DNA of 63,145 bases from an uncultured Thermotogaceae bacterium (GTDB lineage: Bacteria > Thermotogota > Thermotogae > MWEM01): contig CAYOFT010000003.1 of NCBI GenBank assembly GCA_964403295.1, positions 1 to 63,145 on the forward strand. Direction: 5' to 3'. Under the pieces are notes generated by a model, which was not told the DNA's origin, made no database searches, and saw only the letters and a program-made list of their open reading frames with translations. A program made the translations under genes and the position numbers. This document shows positions 1-9,537 of the stretch, piece by piece; positions within the stretch are counted from its first letter, which is position 1, and every line of letters starts with the position of its first letter.

Positions 1-19
1 CGCAACCCCTTTATTTTAT

Positions 20-211
20 TCATACCCGTACATCAAGTACCGCTCCGAGACCATCCTGTTTTGGCAATGTTTGCAATAACTGTGTATTTTGCTCAAGAGC
101 CTGGTCCATGACTTGTTTCATGACCGCGGTACCCATTTCAGCTGAAATTTGCAGGTTTTTCATCTGCATAGCCGACTGGGTAATTCCGGATGAAATACCA
201 TCTACACCCAT
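20..211 (-). CDS. YjfB-family putative motility protein
   Basis: 63 aa with a ...QISAEMGTAVMKQVMD...GLGAVLDVRV pattern typical of YjfB-like proteins; AAGGAG RBS; sigma-28 promoter upstream. Confidence 0.7.
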   Translation of the reverse strand: MGVDGISSGITQSAMQMKNLQISAEMGTAVMKQVMDQALEQNTQLLQTLPKQDGLGAVLDVRV

Positions 212-245
212 TTAACCAGCTCCTTTCATTAAAGGGTACGTTTTA

Positions 246-272
246 TTATCGACGAAAATACCCTAAACTTAA
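246..272 (-). promoter_or_regulatory. sigma-28 (FliA/SigD) promoter
   Basis: Minus strand TTAAGTTT-N11-GTCGATAA versus consensus TAAAGTTT-N11-GCCGATAA (7/8 and 7/8). Confidence 0.75.
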
Positions 273-290
273 TTACCACAAAATTTATCT

Positions 291-319
291 TTGGCAAATT
301 TGAAGCTTAATGGTAAAAT
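291..319 (+). promoter_or_regulatory. sigma-70 promoter with extended -10
   Basis: TTGGCA-N17-TAAAAT with TG at -15/-14, about 30 nt upstream of ATG 349. Confidence 0.65.
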
Positions 320-348
320 ATAATAGTATTCTTAAGAGAGGTTTTTAC

Positions 349-1854
349 ATGTCCAGCAAGATCGTGATAATCGATGGTTATATAGATGAACCCGCTCAAT
401 TTGGAGTTCCCCCTTACATTTCACCGACCTGTCGATATGCTTATGGATGTTATATGTTTTACGGAGTTAAACCGGAATATTATACAATTGATCAAATAAG
501 AGAAAACGATTTATGGAACTATCTCAACACTTTTCACCACCTTGTTTTAATTGGCGGTGTTAGTGTACCGGGTAAATATGTTGGTGGTAATCCTCTAAAA
601 TATTGGGAGTTGGAAAAGATTTCTCAAAGTGCTCCTCATCCGCTAAAAATTTATAAGGGACCTTATACTTTGGGATATACAAGCAAAGGCGGCAGAGATG
701 CACAGATTATTGAGCAGTTAAATCAATTATATGATTGCCCGGTAACTGGAAATTTAGAAACTTTTTTATTCCATCTCTTAAAAGGAGATTTACCTCCTGA
801 ATCCATTGCGAGAGATGAAACCGTTTTAAAAAAGATCGCACCTTATAGCACACAGGTTATTAAACAACATCCGAATTTTCCTGATCTCATCTGTGAAATT
901 GAAGTATCTACAGGATGTGAAAGAAAAACCCATTGTTCATTTTGTACGGAACCTATTTTTTACGGTAAGTATTTTGAAAGACAACCTGAAGATATTCTTT
1001 TAGAAGTTGAAAAACTTGCAAATAATGGCGCCAGGTATTTCAGATTAGGACGCGCAGCAAATATATTGGCTTATGGGTATAACAGCAATCCCTCAGATTG
1101 TTCTTCTTTACAGATTCTTTATTCAGGTATTCGTCAGAAATGCCCATCTTTAGGTATGCTGCATACAGATAACGCCAATCCCGGGTTTATCCAAAATCAT
1201 CAGAACTTTTCTGAAAAAGCAATAGAAATCATCAGCAATTATAATACCACTGCGGACAGTTTGTCTTTTGGCGTTGAAAGCTTTGATAAAGCAGTCATCC
1301 AACAAAATAACCTGGCTATAGAACCAGAAAGTATAATTAAAGCCTGTAAAACTGTGAATCGTATTGGAGGTTTTTTAAAAGATGGCATACCAACTTTATT
1401 GCCAGGAATAAACCTGTTGTTTGGATTAATAGGAGAAACCTCAAATACTTATGATATCAATTTTGATTATTTAAAGAAAATGCTGGATCAAGGTATCTTA
1501 TTACGGAGAATCAATATTCGAAAAGCCATGGTTTTTCCTGAAACTCCTCTTTATCGTTATACACAAAAGCATAAAATAAAAACCCACTCCCGTGAATTCA
1601 GGAAATTCAAAGAAAAGGTAAGGGAAGAAATTGATATGCCCATGTTAAAAAAGATCTACCCTTACGGAACACTTATTAACGATGTCATTATTGAATATAA
1701 CAAAGGAAACATCTCATTCGGAAGAAAACTTGGCACATATGCAATTTTGATCGGCATTAGAAAAAAAATAAAACCAGGTATAAAAGTAGATGTGCGTGTG
1801 ACAGATCATGGATACAGATCCATAACAGGTGTCATTACAAGTGAGGATGGATAG
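349..1854 (+). CDS. Radical SAM protein, archaeal-type (COG1031-like), with C-terminal TRAM-like region
   Basis: IIDGYIDEPAQFGVPPY N-terminal motif; CERKTHCSFC (CX5CX2C) cluster motif; start moved to ATG 349 after GAGAGG RBS. Confidence 0.8.
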   Translation: MSSKIVIIDGYIDEPAQFGVPPYISPTCRYAYGCYMFYGVKPEYYTIDQIRENDLWNYLNTFHHLVLIGGVSVPGKYVGGNPLKYWELEKISQSAPHPLKIYKGPYTLGYTSKGGRDAQIIEQLNQLYDCPVTGNLETFLFHLLKGDLPPESIARDETVLKKIAPYSTQVIKQHPNFPDLICEIEVSTGCERKTHCSFCTEPIFYGKYFERQPEDILLEVEKLANNGARYFRLGRAANILAYGYNSNPSDCSSLQILYSGIRQKCPSLGMLHTDNANPGFIQNHQNFSEKAIEIISNYNTTADSLSFGVESFDKAVIQQNNLAIEPESIIKACKTVNRIGGFLKDGIPTLLPGINLLFGLIGETSNTYDINFDYLKKMLDQGILLRRINIRKAMVFPETPLYRYTQKHKIKTHSREFRKFKEKVREEIDMPMLKKIYPYGTLINDVIIEYNKGNISFGRKLGTYAILIGIRKKIKPGIKVDVRVTDHGYRSITGVITSEDG

Positions 1855-1856
1855 TT

Positions 1857-2921
1857 ATGGAAGAACAAATCACCAAAGATTTTGATATTTTCGCCATTCA
1901 CATAAAGTTAAAAAGCACTTCTCTTGATGAAGTGATTTTGGGTTATTTTTTTGGCAAAAAAAATGCAAATTTAGAATATGTCTTCTTTAATTTTCCTGGC
2001 TCAGTACGTCAGAAATTACCCACTATTAGCGATAACCCACACTTAAAATTCAAAGAAGAACTTAATGATATATCAAATAAGTTAATTCCAGATCACCCGG
2101 AAATCATAGAAAGAAGTGCAAAATTGATGGAATATATTAATATTCAATTCAGAAAAATAGGCGGATTGGAACGTTTCTCAAAAAGAGTTTCTTATTTATC
2201 TGAAATAGATGAAAAAGACGAGATTAGCATGGAATTGTTAGGCTTATTTGATAATTGGGTAGAAAAAAAGGAATTACAATATGAAGCTGAATACTTTACT
2301 GCAGAAGATTACTCAAAAAAAATACTAGAAAGCGCTGAGTTTTTCCCGGAAAAAGAAAATATTACGAATTATCTTGATTTAACAAAAATGCCTGAATTTT
2401 ATCCTCTCATAGACCCAATTCAAGGTATGTCAATTGATGCTTTTGAAGTGGGTATGTCCTTAAAGATAACCATCCTTTCATACCCTGATGAAGAGACAGA
2501 AAAATTGGTAAAAGAACATTTTAAAGATCATATTGATTCAAAAGAAGGCTATCTAAAAACCATTGAAACAGATATCGTATCAAAAGAATTATTATATGGG
2601 AAATCTGACACTTACGTTTTAGTAAAAGTTCGTCTTTTTGATGAAATTTGTGCATATTCAATCATGCTCAAATCGTTAAAACTCAATCGAAACCAGACGA
2701 TAAAAAACAATCTCTTACCACCTATTACAGAGAAAGAGGAAAGTATCCCCTCTGGAGAAGAGAAGTTTTTACCAGGTAAAATAAAAAAGGATACGAAAGT
2801 ATTAACAAAATTAAAAGAAAAAGCAAAATTTAAATTCGCCGATTTGATGTTAGTATTAATAATATTAGGGGGGAGTATCGCATTAATTGCATTATTAATT
2901 GATCTGGTCTCTAAAAAATGA
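1857..2921 (+). CDS. Thermotogota-type hypothetical protein (DUF4899-like), C-terminal membrane anchor
   Basis: Paralog of 7000-8025 (S.DE.ILG.FFGK, FYP..DP..G); hydrophobic C-terminal helix; family name from recollection. Confidence 0.55.
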   Translation: MEEQITKDFDIFAIHIKLKSTSLDEVILGYFFGKKNANLEYVFFNFPGSVRQKLPTISDNPHLKFKEELNDISNKLIPDHPEIIERSAKLMEYINIQFRKIGGLERFSKRVSYLSEIDEKDEISMELLGLFDNWVEKKELQYEAEYFTAEDYSKKILESAEFFPEKENITNYLDLTKMPEFYPLIDPIQGMSIDAFEVGMSLKITILSYPDEETEKLVKEHFKDHIDSKEGYLKTIETDIVSKELLYGKSDTYVLVKVRLFDEICAYSIMLKSLKLNRNQTIKNNLLPPITEKEESIPSGEEKFLPGKIKKDTKVLTKLKEKAKFKFADLMLVLIILGGSIALIALLIDLVSKK

Positions 2922-2941
2922 ACCAAAAAGGAAGGGAGAAA

Positions 2942-3877
2942 ATGAGCAATGTCTACGGAATAGTACCTTCAAGAAGATTGGGAAGATCACTAGGGGTAAG
3001 TACAATACCCCTCAGCACATGTACTTTTTCATGCGTTTATTGCCAACTTGGAAGAACCAGAAATATGACAATGAAACGGCAGAATTTCTTTAAAATCGAC
3101 GATCTCGTTGCGCAGCTGGAGGCATATCAAGATAAAAAAGATGAATTTGATGTTATAACCCTTGTGGGGGAAGGTGAACCAACCTTATACACACAGATAG
3201 GGAAGCTGATAACCCGAATCAAACAACTTTTTAATAAACCTGTAGCACTCATCACGAATGGGTCATTATTTTTTTTGGAAGAAGTTCGACAGGACTGCAT
3301 ACTGGCAGATATTGTCATGCCCACGTTGGATGCATGGGATGATGAAAGCTTTAGAACCTTAAACAGGCCGTTTAAAACCATTACCTTTGAAAAGATGTAT
3401 AATGGTTTGCTGGATTTCAGAAGACAATATAAAGGTAACTTTTATCTGGAAATTATGTGTGTAAAAGGAATTACTGACCAGGGAAATAACATGGCTTTGT
3501 TAATCGAAAAAATCAACTATTTGAACCCTGACAAGGTATTCGTCAATACACCCGTCAGACCACCTGCTGAAGCGTGGGTTGAAAGATGTCCTAAAGAATT
3601 TGTAGAGAAATTACAAAGACACTTCAGAACAAACACAGATGTAGAAATACCTGATTCAAACTTGTACAGTAATAATCTTGACCTTTATCAGGCGATAAAA
3701 GAAATTATTAAACGTCACCCGCTTGATCAATCTGGCATAGAAAAGTTCTGTAAAACCCGTCATGAAGACGCGAGTATGATCATTAACAGATTAAAAGATG
3801 ATTCTCAAGTAGAAAAAATTAATTATGAAAGCAAATGTTTTTTCAGAATCAAATCAAAAAAACGGAACGACGGCTGA
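2942..3877 (+). CDS. Radical SAM protein, TYW1-like (COG0731 family)
   Basis: YGIVPSRRLGRSLG, CTFSCVYC, GEGEPTLY, ITNGS; start at ATG 2942 after AGGGAG. Confidence 0.85.
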   Translation: MSNVYGIVPSRRLGRSLGVSTIPLSTCTFSCVYCQLGRTRNMTMKRQNFFKIDDLVAQLEAYQDKKDEFDVITLVGEGEPTLYTQIGKLITRIKQLFNKPVALITNGSLFFLEEVRQDCILADIVMPTLDAWDDESFRTLNRPFKTITFEKMYNGLLDFRRQYKGNFYLEIMCVKGITDQGNNMALLIEKINYLNPDKVFVNTPVRPPAEAWVERCPKEFVEKLQRHFRTNTDVEIPDSNLYSNNLDLYQAIKEIIKRHPLDQSGIEKFCKTRHEDASMIINRLKDDSQVEKINYESKCFFRIKSKKRNDG

Positions 3878-3914
3878 TTAAGACAGAAAAAACTCAATAA
3901 GGAGAGTGAGCATT

Positions 3915-5435
3915 ATGAAAAAAGCCCTGTTATTTGCATTTCTTTTTCTTTTCTTAACAATTACTATTATTTTTTCACAAAATTTCATAAAAAAAGAATA
4001 TGAACATGTACAGTGGAACATGCCAGATGATTGGCAAACATATGAGGAGAGCTTTATGCCTGGTGTCGCTTATTATAACGGGAAATTGGGATCAGGAAAT
4101 GAAATTGCTGAAGGAGCTGTATTCACAGTCGTTACACAAGAAGGATTTGCCAGTAATGTTATCTCAGAAATGAAAAAGGATCCTTCTACAGATTTGCAAA
4201 TCGAAGCCCAAAACTACCTCAACGGTATGAAAAGAAACTATTACGAAGGGTTGATTGATGATAATGGTAAAACGATTTGGTTCACATTGAGTTATTTTCC
4301 TTCCACAGAAGAATACTTTGAATTCATGATTTTTGCAATTGCGAGCGGGCCTGATATTAATAGAGATAAGGCTATTCTAAACCATGTCATTGCATCAGTT
4401 GATGTTATTGAAAAGGATTCACAATTATCTGACTCTCAAACCGGTAAAGTACTTCTAACATTAATTAATTCAGCCAATGGACGATATTTACCAAATGGCA
4501 CCATTGAATTTGAATATGAAGTAGAAGAAGGTCTTTTAAAGGGAAGCCCCTGGGTTGGTATCGTTCCCTCAGAGATCCAGCATGGAGATGAAGCCGAAAA
4601 CGATAAGCATGATCTAACTTATCAATATCTCAGTTCCAACCAAGACAGAATTTCTTTTACTGCTCCTTTAAAGGAAGGTTTTTACGATATAAGATTACAC
4701 GATTCCGACTTCAGTGGAAAAGAACTCGGATATATTTCTTTTGAGGTAAAAGATGAAAATGAAGCGTTACCGATCATAACAACGGATAAAGTAGTTTATA
4801 AACCCGGAGAGGAAATAAAAGTAACGTATGAAAATGCCCCTGCCAAAACAACCAGAGATTGGATAGGGGTTTATAGAGAAACTTCCGATGAATCCGGCTA
4901 TTTATCTTGGCAATATCTTAACGGGAAAACCGAAGGTGAACTAAGTTTCATTGCCCCGCGTGATGAAGACTCGTATAATCTTCGTATGTTTGATGATGAC
5001 AGTTATAATACCCTAACTGTGAGTGAACCATTCAACGTCATTCAAGAAGATATCACGACTCCGGATGATAAGAAAGAAGTTATTTTTATTAGCAAATATG
5101 TTTTTTGTTCAGAAATAAGTGACGGCAAACCTGTTGACAATAAAATAAAATTCTCAAAAGATGATGATAAAATCTATATTCACCTAACAATCGAGGAATA
5201 TCAAAAGGAACATACTTTATCCTGGGAATGGATAAAACCGGATGGTGAAGTCTATGATACTGTAGAACTTGATTTACAATCAGCTGTGGATTTAGGCTAT
5301 AAAACGATCCGGGATTACAATGTATGGGCTTGGCTTCAGACTTCAACATTGGATGACTCCATGAAAGGGATTTGGAAAATTAACATTTATATGGATAATG
5401 ATATTGTTCTAACAAGACAATTTGTGTTTTATTGA
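3915..5435 (+). CDS. Secreted multidomain protein with tandem Ig-like repeats
   Basis: Signal peptide MKKALLFAFLFLFL...; two internal repeats (WVGIV/DWIGVY...SFTAP/SFIAP...YDIRL/YNLRM); C-terminal beta-sandwich-like domain. Confidence 0.7.
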   Translation: MKKALLFAFLFLFLTITIIFSQNFIKKEYEHVQWNMPDDWQTYEESFMPGVAYYNGKLGSGNEIAEGAVFTVVTQEGFASNVISEMKKDPSTDLQIEAQNYLNGMKRNYYEGLIDDNGKTIWFTLSYFPSTEEYFEFMIFAIASGPDINRDKAILNHVIASVDVIEKDSQLSDSQTGKVLLTLINSANGRYLPNGTIEFEYEVEEGLLKGSPWVGIVPSEIQHGDEAENDKHDLTYQYLSSNQDRISFTAPLKEGFYDIRLHDSDFSGKELGYISFEVKDENEALPIITTDKVVYKPGEEIKVTYENAPAKTTRDWIGVYRETSDESGYLSWQYLNGKTEGELSFIAPRDEDSYNLRMFDDDSYNTLTVSEPFNVIQEDITTPDDKKEVIFISKYVFCSEISDGKPVDNKIKFSKDDDKIYIHLTIEEYQKEHTLSWEWIKPDGEVYDTVELDLQSAVDLGYKTIRDYNVWAWLQTSTLDDSMKGIWKINIYMDNDIVLTRQFVFY

Positions 5436-5448
5436 GTAACTGTATAAA

Positions 5449-5489
5449 AATCAAAAAAGGGCCAAATCAATATTGGCCCTTTTTTGATT
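5449..5489. terminator. Bidirectional intrinsic terminator
   Basis: Perfect 17-bp inverted repeat AATCAAAAAAGGGCCAA / TTGGCCCTTTTTTGATT between convergent genes. Confidence 0.9.
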
Positions 5490-5507
5490 GTGTATGTTTT
5501 TTCTGAA

Positions 5508-6863
5508 TTAATGAAAACTTTCTACAACGTTTTTCAACCAAGCTCCTTTTTTATAGCGTTTGATTAGGATAAAGAATTTCGCTGTCTCTTCTACCATACA
5601 AAGAGAATAAACCAATGGAAAAGGCCATTTTAAAACAAGTCCGGCAACAGCGGATATTGGAATTCCGATGAGCCAAAGACAGCCCGCTTCAACGTAAAAT
5701 GAGAAACGTGTATCCCCGCCTGCTCTCAATACACCAACAATAAACAGCCCATTTAATACTTTTACAGGAGCAAATAACATAGATAATCTAAGTAGGAGAA
5801 TGGCTAATTTTTTAACTTCTGGCGTGACTGAGAAAAGGTTTACAAATTGTGGAGCAAATACGATCATTGGAATGACCAATACAATCACTATAAAGACCTC
5901 AAGCACAATAATCTTTTGTGAAATATATTTGGCTTTCTCATAGGAAGATTTCCCTAGTTCCTGTCCTATAATAACTGCTGCAGCGTTGGATAAGGCAAGT
6001 AACACTGCAAAAGAAAAACGCTCAATACTGTTCATGATTCTGTTAGCTGCTAAAAGTCTTGTTCCCATGTAGCTGTATATAATAGCGTACATGGAATAAC
6101 CGGTAGACCAGAATAATTCATTCAAAACAGTGGGTGTAGTATATTTTATGAAACGTTTAAAAAATGATTTTGATAAAGCTTTAAAATGCTCAACATACAC
6201 CCTTCCTGGCATTTTTCTCAAGTAAACAATGAATAAAATCAAAATCATTTCACATATCCTGGAAAGCAAGGTGCCAATACCGGCTCCCTCAATTCCTAAT
6301 TCAGGAAAACCAAAATTACCAAATATCAGGGAGTAATTTAACAACACGTTTAAACCAATAGCAATCATACTTACTATCATTGGAATAACAGCCTTTTCTG
6401 TATTTCTTAAAACAAAGGCATAAGTCATTGTAATTCCAAAGGTAATAAAACTAAAACTGATGGCAGATAAATACTTGGTCCCCTCTTGGATAACTTGTTG
6501 ATCAGGGGAAAACAATCTTAAGGTATTTTCAGGAAAGAAAAAGGCCAACACAAAGAAAAGGGCAGAAAGAATCAGAGAACAAGAAATCATTAACGCCGTT
6601 GTACGAGAAATGTTAAATTCTTGTTTTGTTCCCCAAAACTGTGCGATAAAAATTGAGCCTCCTGAAACTAAGCCAAACATAACAACGTTAAATATGAAAA
6701 AAAATTGATTGGACAAACCAACTGCTGAAATGGAAACTTCCCCCAGTTGACCAATCATCAACATGTCAACGAAGTTCATACTGCTTAAGATTATTTGTTG
6801 AATTGCTATGGGTAATGCAACACTAAAGAGTCTCTTATAAACATTCATGCTGGATTTTATCAT
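5508..6863 (-). CDS. MATE family efflux transporter
   Basis: About 12 TM helices; ALPIAIQQ, DMLMIGQLG, LRAGGDTR motifs. Confidence 0.92.
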   Translation of the reverse strand: MIKSSMNVYKRLFSVALPIAIQQIILSSMNFVDMLMIGQLGEVSISAVGLSNQFFFIFNVVMFGLVSGGSIFIAQFWGTKQEFNISRTTALMISCSLILSALFFVLAFFFPENTLRLFSPDQQVIQEGTKYLSAISFSFITFGITMTYAFVLRNTEKAVIPMIVSMIAIGLNVLLNYSLIFGNFGFPELGIEGAGIGTLLSRICEMILILFIVYLRKMPGRVYVEHFKALSKSFFKRFIKYTTPTVLNELFWSTGYSMYAIIYSYMGTRLLAANRIMNSIERFSFAVLLALSNAAAVIIGQELGKSSYEKAKYISQKIIVLEVFIVIVLVIPMIVFAPQFVNLFSVTPEVKKLAILLLRLSMLFAPVKVLNGLFIVGVLRAGGDTRFSFYVEAGCLWLIGIPISAVAGLVLKWPFPLVYSLCMVEETAKFFILIKRYKKGAWLKNVVESFH

Positions 6864-6999
6864 AAAACTAACCGATGAATAAAAAGATTATGTTATTTGT
6901 TAGTAAACAAAAATATTTACAAATATCTTGAATAAAGAAAGTCGTAGCCCTTCATGATATAATTGTCAACAAGTGAATTTATAGGGAAAAGGTGTATCA

Positions 7000-8025
7000 A
7001 TGGAGTTCGATTTTTTTTCAATAAAAGTCATTGCGGAAAGTCATTCATCAGATGAGATTATTTTGGGCTTTTTTTTTGGTAAAGTCGAAGGCCGTTTAGA
7101 ATTTCAGTTTATCAATTTTGCCAGAAGATTCAAAGACCTTGCGAAAATTGATCTTAAAGAAGATCTGAATGAATTCAAAATGGACCTCAATCAAGTTTAC
7201 AGAAAGCTTATCGCAAGAAGCGGAGATATCATATCAAAAACAAATGATTTTTCAAATTATCTAAAATCATATATTAACAAAAACGGTGGAAGGCTTTCGT
7301 TTAGTAATAAACTTAGTACTATCATTGACAATAAAGATACCGAAGCTGTAAGGTCTTTGCTAAGAGACCTTTTTGATGATTGGACAAGTGATGTAAGAAT
7401 CAGATTTGATTGGGGATGTTCCACTTATAACGAAATGAGTTTGGAAGAATCTTCAAAAACTGAGCAATCTTTGGATATTCAAACAGCTGTAGAAAACACG
7501 AAAGATAGAAAAGACCTGCTTGATATAGCAGATTTTTATCCAATCGTTGATCCAATGGAAGGAAACCCAGTGGCAAGTTTAAAAGTAGGGGACTCTATTT
7601 TTTTAACAGTCGTCAATTTCAACCATGAAGATGAACAGCAAAGGCTTGTTAACAATTATTCTGAGAGATTTGATGGAAACGGCAAAAACATAAAACCCTT
7701 CGAAGGTTATATCACCGCAATGGAATATGTATCAGCTGAAAAAGGAACCGTATTACTAAAAATATTAATAGATGATTGGTTTGAGGCAAAGGCTTTTATC
7801 ATGTCTAATATTAGAATTATGCAAAAAAACAGAAGAAAAAACCTTTTAAAACAGAATTCAATGAATCAGGATTACCTTCCTGATGAGTTAATCAAACAGA
7901 CTGAAAATAAAGAAGATCAACCTGTTGAAATTTCCAGAGAGAAATTAATTGATCGGCTTATTATCGCTTCATTAATTGCATTGATTATAATAGTGATTTT
8001 AATCATCATATTTATTTTAATTTAA
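7000..8025 (+). CDS. Thermotogota-type hypothetical protein (DUF4899-like), C-terminal membrane anchor
   Basis: Paralog of 1857-2921; C-terminal LIIASLIALIIIVILIIIFILI; extended -10 TGATATAAT at 6955-6963. Confidence 0.55.
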   Translation: MEFDFFSIKVIAESHSSDEIILGFFFGKVEGRLEFQFINFARRFKDLAKIDLKEDLNEFKMDLNQVYRKLIARSGDIISKTNDFSNYLKSYINKNGGRLSFSNKLSTIIDNKDTEAVRSLLRDLFDDWTSDVRIRFDWGCSTYNEMSLEESSKTEQSLDIQTAVENTKDRKDLLDIADFYPIVDPMEGNPVASLKVGDSIFLTVVNFNHEDEQQRLVNNYSERFDGNGKNIKPFEGYITAMEYVSAEKGTVLLKILIDDWFEAKAFIMSNIRIMQKNRRKNLLKQNSMNQDYLPDELIKQTENKEDQPVEISREKLIDRLIIASLIALIIIVILIIIFILI

Positions 8026-8035
8026 GGTGATTTAA

Positions 8036-8596
8036 ATGGCAAAAATTGTTTATCCCGAAAAAGCTGATTTTTTACCTTCAAAAAAACACTATCTTCTTAG
8101 AGCGGGGTTTTTGGGTGTAGAAACTAATATTGATAAAACAATGCTAAATCTGACTAATGAAATCTATTTGGAAGCCATTTCATTAGTTGTTCCTGAAATT
8201 ATTCATCAAACTTTACCAGTTGATGCGACAGATGACATTCAAATACCCGAAAAATTTCACGGCATAAACGAAATTACCTTTTTTGTTTCCACGATTGGTA
8301 AAAATATTGAAAAACGGATTGAAGAATACAATAATTCGAGAGAAACAACAAGAGCAACTTTATTAGATGCATGGGGATCAGAATCAATAGAAGAACTAAA
8401 CAACAATTTTGATAGACAATTAAGGAAAAAATATTCTAAAGGAACCATCCGCTTTTCGCCCGGTTATTCTGAGATTCCCTTAACCGAAAATAAGAAAATA
8501 ATTGATTTTCTTCAATATAATACCGTTCAGGCACATCCTGTATCCGGTATGTTATCACCGCAAAAAAGTACCGTTTGTATGATAGGATGGTATTGA
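8036..8596 (+). CDS. Stand-alone methionine synthase reactivation (SAM-binding) domain, TM0269-like
   Basis: FVSTIG, LLDAWGSE, RFSPGY, MLSPQKS motifs; upstream of metF/metH. Confidence 0.85.
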   Translation: MAKIVYPEKADFLPSKKHYLLRAGFLGVETNIDKTMLNLTNEIYLEAISLVVPEIIHQTLPVDATDDIQIPEKFHGINEITFFVSTIGKNIEKRIEEYNNSRETTRATLLDAWGSESIEELNNNFDRQLRKKYSKGTIRFSPGYSEIPLTENKKIIDFLQYNTVQAHPVSGMLSPQKSTVCMIGWY

Positions 8597-8626
8597 TACT
8601 TTTTAACATTCAAAAAAGGAGCATAT

Positions 8627-9526
8627 ATGAAAGAAAGCAAAAAAACAAAAAAAACTGAATTTATAAGTGATTTTTTCATTACTCAAGAAGATAGCGTTTC
8701 TTTTGAAGTTTATCCTCCAAAAAAAGGGCAAAGGAAACAATTCGAAATCATAAAAAATACCATCAAACGGTTAAAAACCCTTGAACCTGATTTTATAAGT
8801 GTTACATATGGCCCCGGGGGAACAAACAAGGGTAAAGCAGTGGATATTTCAGCGTATATTCGGAAACATGACATTACACCGTTAGCTCATCTTACTTCAG
8901 TCGGTTATACTAGAGAAGACATACCGCCAATTCTCGATAAACTGCATTCTATAGGTGTTAAAAACATACTCGCTTTAAGGGGAGATGTTCCACAAAATGC
9001 CATCTTTCCGCATGGTGCATGGTGTGATTTCAGATATGCAAAAGATTTGATCAGTATGATAAAAAAAGATGGAAGATTTTGTATTGGTGCCGCCGCTTAT
9101 CCGGAAGGTCATCCGGATTGTAAGGAATTAAAAATAAGTATTAATCATATGAAAGAAAAAATTGAGGCAGGAGCAGATTTTTTTATCACACAAATGTTTT
9201 TTGATAATCAGCTTTTTTTTGATTTTCTTGACCGCGCAAGGGATGCAGGTATTCATAAATCTATCATACCGGGTATAATGCCCGTTTTACGTGCAAAACA
9301 AATAGGAAAGATTTTGGCTTTATCAGATGCTTATGTTCCAAAAAGATTGTCTGAAGCAATCGATCTTTATGCTGACAATCCGCTGGCAATGGAAGCTTAT
9401 GGAATAGAATATGTATTACGACAAATTGATGGTTTAAAACAACAGGGCATTCGAAGGTTTCATATTTACTCAATGAATCGTTGGGAGCAGATCTCGAAGA
9501 TTGTAAAATTAGCTCAGTTAAAATAG
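8627..9526 (+). CDS. metF: 5,10-methylenetetrahydrofolate reductase
   Basis: SFEVYPPK, SVTYGPGG, ILALRGD, AAYPEGHP, ITQMFFD, PGIMP. Confidence 0.95.
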   Translation: MKESKKTKKTEFISDFFITQEDSVSFEVYPPKKGQRKQFEIIKNTIKRLKTLEPDFISVTYGPGGTNKGKAVDISAYIRKHDITPLAHLTSVGYTREDIPPILDKLHSIGVKNILALRGDVPQNAIFPHGAWCDFRYAKDLISMIKKDGRFCIGAAAYPEGHPDCKELKISINHMKEKIEAGADFFITQMFFDNQLFFDFLDRARDAGIHKSIIPGIMPVLRAKQIGKILALSDAYVPKRLSEAIDLYADNPLAMEAYGIEYVLRQIDGLKQQGIRRFHIYSMNRWEQISKIVKLAQLK

Positions 9527-9537
9527 GGGGGCGAAAA

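Noticed and set aside
6864-8626. SAM riboswitch or T-box before the met genes
   Set aside because: Intergenic gaps are too short, or lack S-box/T-box consensus and a terminator
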